Shown here one piece after another: positions 41,186-49,271 of a DNA stretch of 64,000 nucleotides (positions within the stretch are counted from its first letter, which is position 1; the number at the start of each line of letters is the position of its first letter). Below the pieces are notes generated by a model. That model had not been told where the DNA came from. It saw nothing but the letters and a program-made list of their open reading frames with translations, and did no database searches. Made by a program: the position numbers and the translations under genes. The DNA is from Dehalococcoidia bacterium. GTDB lineage: Bacteria; Chloroflexota; Dehalococcoidia; Lucifugimonadales; VXLM01. The DNA lies in NCBI GenBank assembly GCA_963662435.1, contig OY759598.1, forward strand, positions 2,326,507-2,390,506. Reading direction: 5' to 3'.

Positions 41186-42617
41186 CATCTGCTCCAACTA
41201 ATTCACTTTCGGGGTATTTGCGGGACGTTTGAAGCATTTGCGGTTAGCGTATCTAGGGGTGCGTGTGAGCACAAGTTCAGGTGGTGCAGGCAGTATTGTC
41301 TCGTCGGGTATGTTTGGGGTGTGAATGCGGGTTCTGCGGGAAGGTCGAATGAAGCCTAGATCACGCCCTCGCTCCACGAATATCTTCACGGGATCCCTGC
41401 CTTCATAGGCATACTGTGGCGCATACTCAACCAACAGGCTGATGGACACCTCGAACGGGTCCACCCCGGCTCTGTGAGCTATCTCAAGCCTCAGCGACTG
41501 CAGGATTTGCGAGATAATCAACGTCGCCCATATCTGCTGGTAAATCACCACATGCTTGGAAGACCACAGAAGGCGCAGCTTCAGATGTTGCTTGATCAGC
41601 TTGAACGCCATCTCGATGTCCCACCTGCGAGCGTAGACCTCGGCCATCGATGAGATCGGGAACGTATGTGGCTCAAGAACGTTGGTGATGTAGCGTCGCA
41701 TGGTACTGCCCTGTCTGAAGGTCACCAGCCGAACGGCGTATTTGGCCCGATCAGCGCGGTAGGCTCCCAGCCACACAATGCCGTCAAACACCTCGCCCCT
41801 CTGATAGAAGGTGTGTACGACCTTGTAGCTGGTCTTTGCTCTCAATCTGCTCAGCCAATAGACATCCCTTTCTGTGAGCCAGTCAAACCAGGCGAAGCCG
41901 AAGTAACCAAGGTCTGCCAACACCAGTGTTCCGGCTGGCAGGTCTTGTGCCAACTCCCGTGCCGACACCTTCTCGTTCTGTTGGGGATTCGGATGAAGCT
42001 TGACGGTCCGCCACTGCTGTCGTCTCACGTCGAACACGCCTGCCAGCTTGCCAGGCAGCAGACGAGTGTCGCCTTTGGGGATTCTTCTCAGAGGAGGAAG
42101 CCTTCTCGACATGGCGTCCAGGGTACTTTCGTCTATGGAGACCACCTGCTTGGCGAACGGCGCCAGTTGCTCAGATGCCAAACCCTGTAATCGTTCTGTC
42201 AATACGCTGCTGATGTGCTTGAAGAGTCTCTCGAACGGCTCAGGTCCCGCGTCGTGGAGCCGTTTGTAGACCGCTTGGTCGGTAACGGGAAATCGGGGGA
42301 AGAACCACAGTCCGTGCTCGGAGATAAGACGCCATACGGCCAGTTGGCTTTCAAAGCCTCTCAAGACACAGACCAGCAGTCCGGCCCACAGAGCCATGGC
42401 AGGCAGAATGCGGGGCCTGCCAGGGCCCTTGTCGTTGTGATCTGGCTCCATGTCCTCCAAACACTGCTGGAGAAACTCCTCTATATTCCCGACCGTGTCT
42501 GGGTCGTCGTCGGTCTTGGTCGACATTACGAAGCTCCTCCTGGCGAGTAGTCATATCCTTTTACTACTCAGAGGAGTACTATCCAAAGGCAAAAACGGTA
42601 ATTAGTTGGAGCAATTG
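41186..42617 (-). mobile_element. IS4-family insertion sequence, 1432 bp
   Basis: 18-bp terminal inverted repeats CATCTGCTCCAACTAATT / CAATTGCTCCAACTAATT (16/18 match), flanked by direct repeat ATTTGAAAC at 41177-41185 and 42618-42626. Confidence 0.93.
41198..42526 (-). CDS. IS4-family DDE transposase
   Basis: SIDESTL, LADLGYF and YARRWDIEMAFKLIK (YREK motif); AGGAGG RBS; stop codon lies inside the inverted repeat. Confidence 0.93.
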   Translation of the reverse strand: MSTKTDDDPDTVGNIEEFLQQCLEDMEPDHNDKGPGRPRILPAMALWAGLLVCVLRGFESQLAVWRLISEHGLWFFPRFPVTDQAVYKRLHDAGPEPFERLFKHISSVLTERLQGLASEQLAPFAKQVVSIDESTLDAMSRRLPPLRRIPKGDTRLLPGKLAGVFDVRRQQWRTVKLHPNPQQNEKVSARELAQDLPAGTLVLADLGYFGFAWFDWLTERDVYWLSRLRAKTSYKVVHTFYQRGEVFDGIVWLGAYRADRAKYAVRLVTFRQGSTMRRYITNVLEPHTFPISSMAEVYARRWDIEMAFKLIKQHLKLRLLWSSKHVVIYQQIWATLIISQILQSLRLEIAHRAGVDPFEVSISLLVEYAPQYAYEGRDPVKIFVERGRDLGFIRPSRRTRIHTPNIPDETILPAPPELVLTRTPRYANRKCFKRPANTPKVN

Positions 42618-42636
42618 ATTTGAAACCTGCCCCTAC
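42618..42636. repeat. target duplication plus right half of the REP hairpin
   Basis: ATTTGAAAC followed by CTGCCCCTAC, the exact reverse complement of GTAGGGGCAG. Confidence 0.85.
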
Positions 42637-42696
42637 GACATCGGCCCGGCAGCATCAGTGTGATCTCATACTCCAGCGGGCGGCGTGTACAAGTTG

Positions 42697-43797
42697 CTAC
42701 GAAGGGAACTTGATGATGCCACGGCCTTCGCCGCCACTCACGAGGTCGTGGAAGCCCTCGTTAATCTGGTCGAGCGAGTAACTTCTCGTAATGAGGCTAT
42801 CGACATCGAGCGTGCCCTTCAGGTAGGCGTCGACTATCTTGCGGAAGGACTCGTGGGGGCTGGTGGAACCGTAGTAGCTGCCCATGACGGTCTTCTGTGC
42901 GCGGACCATGTCGGACATGTTGATGGGCGCGTCCTCGCCGATAGCCCCGAGTCCGATGAGAACGGCAGTACCGGTTGGCCGTACGCTATTGAAGGCGGCA
43001 GAGATTACCTCAGCCTTACCGATGCTGTCTATGGCCATGTCGACCCCGCCGCCGGTCATCTCCTTGATCGTCTCGGCGACATCGTCCACGTCACGAATGT
43101 TGACGGTGTCGGTCGCGCCGAACCTATAGGTGAATTCCAGCTTGTGGTCGAGGACATCGACGGCGATGATCCTGCTTGCGTTCATGAGCTTGGCGCCCTG
43201 AATAACGTTGAGACCCACTCCGCCGCAGCCGAATACGGCTACGCTCATTCCGACCTTCGCGTTCGGATTGTTGATGACGCCGCCGACGCCGGTGGTGACT
43301 GAGCAGCCGATGAGGGCCGCCACCTCGATGGGAACCTCATCGGGAATGGGCTGGCAGGCCTGCTGGGGGCAGATGATAGTCTCTGAGAACACGCCCACCT
43401 TGCCGAGCTGGTAGACATCGTTTCCGTTGTCGTGCAGGCGGGCGGTACCGTCGTACTGTCGCGGGCCGAGCTCGACGTGAGTTTCGCAGACGTTTGGAAA
43501 TCCGTCGGCGCAGTTGCGACACATGCCGCACGGCGAAACGAAAGAAATAATACAACGGTCACCGGGCTTGACTCGCGTCACTCCCTCGCCGACCTCGATG
43601 ACCGTACCGGCCCCCTCGTGCCCCAGCACTGCGGGAAGATCTATTCTTGAGGTCCCCTGCATCAAGTGATGATCGCTCAGGCAGATGCCGGCCGCGCCCA
43701 TCTTGAGGCGCACCTCTCCAGCCTTGGGCGGGTCCTGCCGCAGTTCCTTTATCTGGAGCGGCGTCTTCGTCTCATAGAGTACGGCTGCCTTTACCAT
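42697..43797 (-). CDS. Zn-dependent alcohol dehydrogenase (class III-like)
   Basis: GICLSD, LGHEGAG, structural Zn CxxCxxC..C and GCGGVG motifs. Confidence 0.92.
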   Translation of the reverse strand: MVKAAVLYETKTPLQIKELRQDPPKAGEVRLKMGAAGICLSDHHLMQGTSRIDLPAVLGHEGAGTVIEVGEGVTRVKPGDRCIISFVSPCGMCRNCADGFPNVCETHVELGPRQYDGTARLHDNGNDVYQLGKVGVFSETIICPQQACQPIPDEVPIEVAALIGCSVTTGVGGVINNPNAKVGMSVAVFGCGGVGLNVIQGAKLMNASRIIAVDVLDHKLEFTYRFGATDTVNIRDVDDVAETIKEMTGGGVDMAIDSIGKAEVISAAFNSVRPTGTAVLIGLGAIGEDAPINMSDMVRAQKTVMGSYYGSTSPHESFRKIVDAYLKGTLDVDSLITRSYSLDQINEGFHDLVSGGEGRGIIKFPS

Positions 43798-43975
43798 CAG
43801 TCTCCTCCCACTCGAGTCTCTCGTATAGGGTAATGGCTCGTCGCTGCGCGGTCAAAGGTGCGGTAGCAGAGCCGGGCGGGGTCTGGTACATTTTGCCGAA
43901 GGGAGGGTGAACCGCGTCCTGGTATTGTCAGGCCGAGTTGCCCATGAATTAGCGCAGACTGAAGTCGTGTGAGGA

Positions 43976-44317
43976 GTGAGCATGATTGCCATCTTTGTGA
44001 CCATCAAGGTGAAACCGGGAATGATGGAGGAGTTCGTCGAGGCCAGCCTGGGAGACGCCCGGGGATCGGTCGGCGACGAGCCAGGCTGTTTCAGGTTCGA
44101 CGTGCTGCAGGCCAGGGAGGACCCCAATATGGCCTACCTGTACGAGATCTACGAGGACGACGCGGCACGGGAGACGCACCGCACGATGCCGCACTACCTC
44201 AAGTGGCGGGAAGCCGTCGCGGACATGATCGAGGGCAGCTACGGGGTCGTGGAGATGACGACGGCGTATCCGCCGGCTTCCGCGCTGCACGCACAGAAAC
44301 CTCACCTGCTCGACTAG
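43976..44317 (+). CDS. ABM/LsrG-like monooxygenase-fold protein
   Basis: DEPGCFRFDV, LYEIY and HRTMPHY motifs. Confidence 0.85.
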   Translation: MSMIAIFVTIKVKPGMMEEFVEASLGDARGSVGDEPGCFRFDVLQAREDPNMAYLYEIYEDDAARETHRTMPHYLKWREAVADMIEGSYGVVEMTTAYPPASALHAQKPHLLD

Positions 44318-44323
44318 GGTGCC

Positions 44324-45913
44324 GTGAAGATCGTAACGGCCCAACAGATGCGCGAGATCGAGGACCGCGCCGAGGCGGGCGGCGTCTCCAAGGCGGCGCT
44401 CATGGAGAACGCCGGTCTCGCGGCTGCCGAATTTATCAGGGGCCAGGTGAAGAACCTCGTTGGGATGACGGTCGTCGTACTCGTTGGGCCGGGGAACAAT
44501 GGCGGCGACGGGCTCGTGGCGGCACGGCATCTCGACGCGTGGGGGGCTCGCGTCACGATCTGCCTGTGCCGGGACAACCCCGAACACGGGGGCAAGGTCG
44601 ATTACCTGCGGGGCAAGCGAGTTACGATCATCCGCCTCGACGGCGATGACGGTCTCGCCCAGCTAAGGGAAGCTCTGCAGCTCGCGCAGATCGTGGTCGA
44701 CGCAGTACTGGGAACCGGGCGGTCACGGCCCCTGGCGGGGCCGACGGCAGGGGCACTCGAACTGCTCCGTGAGGCCCGGGACACCAACGGAACCCCGCGC
44801 CTCGCAGCGCTTGACGTCCCGACCGGCCTGGGCGTGGACACGGGCGCCGTCGATCCCAAGACCGTCGCATCGGACGTGACTCTGACGCTGGGAAACCCGA
44901 AGGCAGGGCTCTACCGGTTTCCTGGAGCCGAGTACGCGGGCACAATCGAGGTGCTCGACATTGGGATACCGGGAGGCCTCGACAGTGACATAGGATTCGA
45001 GCTGATGAAGGACGAGTGGGCGAGGACCACCCTGCCCGACCGACCGTTGTCCGGACACAAGGGAACATTCGGCAAGGCGCTCATCGTCGGGGGATCGAGG
45101 AACTACGTCGGGGCGCCCTATCTGGCAGCGACGGCTGCAGGCAGGGTTGGCGCCGGGCTTGTCACGCTGGCCGTACCTGAAAGCCTGCAGATGGCCGTTG
45201 CCGCGAAGGCGGTCGAGCCGACGTATCTGCCGCTGCCGGAAGAGTCGCCGGGGGTGCCAAGCCCGTCCGCAGCAGGGGTGATAGCCGAGCAAGCCAGCGG
45301 TTACCAAGCTCTCCTTATCGGACCGGGCATCGGGCAGGCCGACTCGACACGTGAGATGGCAGCAAAGTTGCTTTTCCAGAGCGGACTACGCCCTCCCATC
45401 GTAGTGGATGCGGACGGGCTGAATGTCCTGGCCTCGTGGCCCGAATGGTGGAATGACTTCTCGCAGGAGGCCATTCTCACACCTCATCCGGGGGAGATGG
45501 CGCGGCTGACAGGCCGATCGACGAAGGACATTCAAACTCACCGTGTCGAGATCGCGGTCGAATCGGCGGTGAAGTGGCGAAAGATCGTGGTGCTCAAGGG
45601 GGCGTTCACGGTTGTTGCGTACCCGGATGGGAGCTCGAGGCTCAGTCCCTTCGCCAACCCTGCCATGGCGACGGCTGGAACCGGAGACGTGCTCGCCGGG
45701 ACTATTGCGGGGCTGCTGGCGCAGGGGATCACGGCGGAGGATGCGGCGGCGTTAGGGGTGTACCTGCACGGCATGGCGGGCGGAAGAGTCAGTGCGGATC
45801 TCGGTGACGCCGGGATGCTGGCAAGCGACCTGCTGCCGGAACTGCCGAAGGCGATACGCGACCTCCGTCTCGGTGCCGAGAGTGGAGAAAGGCGGACGAA
45901 CTGGCACATCTGA
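44324..45913 (+). CDS. nnr: bifunctional NAD(P)H-hydrate epimerase/dehydratase
   Basis: GPGNNGGDG, DAVLGTG, HKGTFG, VDADGL, LTPHPGE and ATAGTGDVLAG motifs. Confidence 0.95.
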   Translation: MKIVTAQQMREIEDRAEAGGVSKAALMENAGLAAAEFIRGQVKNLVGMTVVVLVGPGNNGGDGLVAARHLDAWGARVTICLCRDNPEHGGKVDYLRGKRVTIIRLDGDDGLAQLREALQLAQIVVDAVLGTGRSRPLAGPTAGALELLREARDTNGTPRLAALDVPTGLGVDTGAVDPKTVASDVTLTLGNPKAGLYRFPGAEYAGTIEVLDIGIPGGLDSDIGFELMKDEWARTTLPDRPLSGHKGTFGKALIVGGSRNYVGAPYLAATAAGRVGAGLVTLAVPESLQMAVAAKAVEPTYLPLPEESPGVPSPSAAGVIAEQASGYQALLIGPGIGQADSTREMAAKLLFQSGLRPPIVVDADGLNVLASWPEWWNDFSQEAILTPHPGEMARLTGRSTKDIQTHRVEIAVESAVKWRKIVVLKGAFTVVAYPDGSSRLSPFANPAMATAGTGDVLAGTIAGLLAQGITAEDAAALGVYLHGMAGGRVSADLGDAGMLASDLLPELPKAIRDLRLGAESGERRTNWHI

Positions 45914-46626
45914 GAGGCAGGGAGCGGGCGCGATACGTCGGCGAGATGTTCACCCGGATATCGCGACGCTACGACCGGCTAAACACCATCATGTCGGGCG
46001 GCAGACACTATGCCTGGAGGCGAAGAGCCGCAAGCATGGCCGTAGGTGATCTGACCGGGCGGGCCCTTGACGTTGCCACGGGAACGGGGGACTTCACATT
46101 CGATCTGCTGGGGCATTCTCAGGTCAGCAACGTCGTGGGGCTCGACTTCACGCGCGCCATGCTCCCGTTCGCCATCGAGAAGGCGAGAGAACGCGGGAAC
46201 AGCGACCGCATCGAGTTCGTGGCGGGTGATGCCCATACCCTGCCCTTCCCGAACGATACGTTCATATGCGCGACGGTGGGGTTTGGCGTTCGCAACTTCA
46301 TCGACGTTCCCCAAGCGCTGCGCGAGATGCGGCGGGTGGTGAGGCCGGGTGGACGCGTGGTCATCCTGGAGATAGTCCGTCAAGACGGCATCAATCCGGT
46401 CGGCAAACTGTTCCCACTCTATTTTCGAAGGGTCACACCATGGATGGGGGCGCTCTTCGCGGGCGACCGCGAGGCTTACACCTACCTACCCGAGTCGGTG
46501 CAGGGGTTCCAGAGCGCGGAAGAGCTGGCCGAACTGATGCACGGGGCGGGGTTGGTGAATGTGCGGTACCAGCGCCTGGCTCTGGGGACGGTCGCGATTC
46601 ACGTAGGAGAAAAGGCGGGGGAATAG
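45901..46626 (+). CDS. menG: demethylmenaquinone methyltransferase (UbiE/MenG family)
   Basis: YDRLN, LDVATGTGD, FGVRN and AYTYLPESV motifs; start either CTG 45901 (inferred) or ATG 45946. Confidence 0.9.
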   Translation: MAHLRGRERARYVGEMFTRISRRYDRLNTIMSGGRHYAWRRRAASMAVGDLTGRALDVATGTGDFTFDLLGHSQVSNVVGLDFTRAMLPFAIEKARERGNSDRIEFVAGDAHTLPFPNDTFICATVGFGVRNFIDVPQALREMRRVVRPGGRVVILEIVRQDGINPVGKLFPLYFRRVTPWMGALFAGDREAYTYLPESVQGFQSAEELAELMHGAGLVNVRYQRLALGTVAIHVGEKAGE

Positions 46627-46679
46627 GTGCAGGGTTCTGGGGGCCAGGTTCTTGGTGCTGGATCCTTGGTGCTTGGTTA
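46624..46679. repeat. degenerate heptamer tandem repeat (8 units)
   Basis: TAGGTGC AGGGTTC TGGGGGC CAGGTTC TTGGTGC TGGATCC TTGGTGC TTGGTTA. Confidence 0.55.
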
Positions 46680-46696
46680 GAATTTTCTCATTTTTT

Positions 46697-46724
46697 GGGA
46701 CATTCCGGGACATTTTGGGACATT
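46697..46724. repeat. 10-bp tandem repeat GGGACATT(CC/TT), about 3 copies
   Basis: GGGACATTCC GGGACATTTT GGGACATT. Confidence 0.85.
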
Positions 46725-46775
46725 GTCCTGTGTGCTCGTCCGGCGGACCGCATCTGCGATTTGAACCGTAGATGT

Positions 46776-46804
46776 ATTGTAGATTATATGTTCGCGTTGG
46801 TCAA
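46776..46804 (-). promoter_or_regulatory. orphan sigma70-type promoter with LexA-like box in the spacer
   Basis: Minus strand TTGACC-N17-TACAAT, same hexamers as the tRNA promoters; GAAC-ATAT-AATC in the spacer. Confidence 0.55.
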
Positions 46805-47071
46805 AAGCAGGAGGGAGCGGTTGGCTTGGAGGGCGTGCAAGGGGCCAGTTGAGATAGTGTCTTGTTCACCCCTTGACAGGCTTTCAAGTAACAGCTTCAT
46901 TTCAGCGACGATGCACCGGCCATCTTCAGCCTTCGACAGGCTCAGGCCGAACGTACTTTCTCTTGCGTGCGTTCCCCCGATACTGCCACCCCGGCATGGC
47001 CGCAAACGCGGGGCGCAACGCTGTTCAGGGTGAACGGGCTCCTTTCTTGGCGGACTCTTGATTGGTGAAGA

Positions 47072-47099
47072 GTGGTGCGGATTTGAAACCCGCACCTAC
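47072..47099. repeat. unoccupied REP-like hairpin related to the IS target
   Basis: GTGGTGCGG-ATTTGAAAC-CCGCACCTAC with the same 9-nt loop as the IS target duplication. Confidence 0.75.
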
Positions 47100-47131
47100 C
47101 GGACTCCCCCCTTCAATTCCGAGGTCTTGGA

Positions 47132-49267
47132 CTACCACGTTATCTTGAGGGCGCGGAGGTGGTGTCCAAAGTGTTCGGCGATGAGGAGGATGTCATCGCC
47201 GTAGAATCGGAGGCCGTAGGGAGTGTTCAGGCTAGCCTCTGTGGCGGGGCCGCCGTCTCCGTGTGAGCCGAGGCGTTCGGAGCCTGCGACTGTCTCGACA
47301 GTCCCTGCCGGGGTGATCCGGCGCACGAGGTGGTTGTTGGAGTCGGAGAAGTAAACCGTCCTGTCGGTCGAGACGGCAACGCCGGAGGGGCTGTCGATCG
47401 TGGCATCGGCAGCGGGGACTCCGTCGGGGGAGAAGTCGCTTTCGCCGGTGCCGACGAGGGTGGTGATGATGCCGTCGGTATCGACCTTTCGGATCGAGTG
47501 TGTGGCGCTGTCGGCGAAGTACAGGTTGCCGTCGGCGTCGAAGTCCAGTGCGATGGGGCTGCCGATACGGGCGCGGACTGCCGGGCCGCCGTCGCCGGAG
47601 TAACCGGCAATGCCTATGCCCGCGACGGTGGAGATCTGCCATGTGCGGGCGTCGATCCTGCGGATGCGTCCGACCCGATCTCCGACGTAGAGGTTGTCGT
47701 CGGAATCGTGGGTTACGGAGAGGGTTTGAACGAAGCAGGCGCCCATGGCGGGGCCGCCGTCGCCGCGGTCGTAGGAGTATGAGGAGCCGGCGATGGTCTG
47801 GATGATGCCATCGGCGTCGACACGGCGGATGAACTGGTGCTGCTTTTCAGCGATGACGATGCGTCCTTCTGAGTCGACCGAGACATCGTAGGGGTTTCCG
47901 AGCCAGGCCTCGGTGGCGGGTCCGTTGCTTCCACCGACGGCCTTTGCCCCGGTACCGGCAAAGGTGTGGATGAGGCCTGTCTGGGGGTCGATGGAGCGGA
48001 TACGCTGCCGCCACTCGTCGACGAGGTAGAGGGTGCCGTCGAGGCCGACATCGACGTTCCTGGGGCAGCTCAAGAAGCCTTCGGCAGCCGGCTCGCCGTC
48101 GTGGACGTGCGTTCCACCGAGGACGGTAGTGACGATTCCGGTCTCGCCGTCGTACTTTCGGAGGCGGCATGAGGTGTCGCTCCAAAGGACGGTGCCGTCG
48201 GGGTCCGCCCAGATTCCGGACTCGCAGGCATTGGAGTGGGTCTCGGGTCCTGGGAGGCCCTCTTCACCGAAGCCGGGGACACCGTTACCAACGAGGGTGG
48301 TGACGATCCCGGTCTGTGCGTCGATCTTGCGGACGCGATAGCCGAATTTCTCTCCGACGTAGATATTGTCGTTGGCGTCGATGCAGAGTGCGTCCGGCCA
48401 GTTGGTGCTTGCCTCGACGGCAGGGCCGCCATCTCCGTTGGAGGCGACCTCGCCGGTGCCAAGGACGGTGGTGACCACGCCTGTCTCGGCATCGATCCTG
48501 CGGATGCGGTGGTTCTGGTTGTCGCTGACGTACAGGTTTCCCCTGGAGTCGAATGCGAGGTGCTCGGGACCCAGAAAGGCGGCTTCCTCCTTGGGGCCAC
48601 CGTCGCCGGAGTATCCTCCGAGGCTCAAGCCGGAATCCGAGAGCGGAGGAGTGTAGTCGAGGGCTTCGGTGTTGTGCCCGGCATTGCGTCCGGCGAAGGT
48701 GTCGATGACACCGGTCCGAGAGTCTACACGGCGTATGTTGTTTGCCCACTCGCTTGCGAGGTAGACATTGCCATCGTCGTCCACGGCGATTCCACAGGTT
48801 GTGTCGAACTCGGCTTCGACGGCCGGACCACCGTCACCACTGCGTCCGATTTTGCCTGAGCCGGCGACGGTTGTGATGACTCCGGTGCGGTAGTCGATGC
48901 GGCGAGCGGTGTTATTCCAGAGGTCAGTGAAGTAGAGATTTCCGTGTCGGTCGCGATAGAGGTCGTGGGGGCCGTTGACCCGCGCGTCTTTGGCGGGGCC
49001 GCCGTCACCACTGTTACCGGGCACGCCGTCGCCCGCGAGAGTGTGGAGAATGCCGTCCGCATCGATTCGCCAGATGCGGTGACCATGATGATCGTTGACG
49101 ATGATGTCGCCGTCGATCTGCCGGACGACGCCCATTGGCCAGCCGCATTTGGCTTCTCCCGCGGGGACGCCTTCTCTAACGGGCGCGCCGGCAATCGTCG
49201 TGATGTGACCCGGCGGGAGTTCGTCGAGGAGCTCGTGCAGCACTCCCTGCGGGCGAGTACGCGTCAC
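47132..49267 (-). CDS. NHL-repeat protein (12 repeats, probably two beta-propellers), paralogue 2
   Basis: Repeated G..GDGGPA..A....P......D motifs; GTG start 49267 after GGAG, just past the paralogue 1 stop; no signal peptide. Confidence 0.85.
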   Translation of the reverse strand: MTRTRPQGVLHELLDELPPGHITTIAGAPVREGVPAGEAKCGWPMGVVRQIDGDIIVNDHHGHRIWRIDADGILHTLAGDGVPGNSGDGGPAKDARVNGPHDLYRDRHGNLYFTDLWNNTARRIDYRTGVITTVAGSGKIGRSGDGGPAVEAEFDTTCGIAVDDDGNVYLASEWANNIRRVDSRTGVIDTFAGRNAGHNTEALDYTPPLSDSGLSLGGYSGDGGPKEEAAFLGPEHLAFDSRGNLYVSDNQNHRIRRIDAETGVVTTVLGTGEVASNGDGGPAVEASTNWPDALCIDANDNIYVGEKFGYRVRKIDAQTGIVTTLVGNGVPGFGEEGLPGPETHSNACESGIWADPDGTVLWSDTSCRLRKYDGETGIVTTVLGGTHVHDGEPAAEGFLSCPRNVDVGLDGTLYLVDEWRQRIRSIDPQTGLIHTFAGTGAKAVGGSNGPATEAWLGNPYDVSVDSEGRIVIAEKQHQFIRRVDADGIIQTIAGSSYSYDRGDGGPAMGACFVQTLSVTHDSDDNLYVGDRVGRIRRIDARTWQISTVAGIGIAGYSGDGGPAVRARIGSPIALDFDADGNLYFADSATHSIRKVDTDGIITTLVGTGESDFSPDGVPAADATIDSPSGVAVSTDRTVYFSDSNNHLVRRITPAGTVETVAGSERLGSHGDGGPATEASLNTPYGLRFYGDDILLIAEHFGHHLRALKITW

Positions 49268-49271
49268 CGGG

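Noticed and set aside
39073..41197. Long antisense ORFs over clpC, and similar ones over tuf, ahcY and rplA
   Set aside because: Expected stop-poor antisense frames of GC-biased conserved genes
46624..46724. CRISPR array
   Set aside because: Units are 7-10 bp tandem repeats without unique spacers, and no cas genes are present
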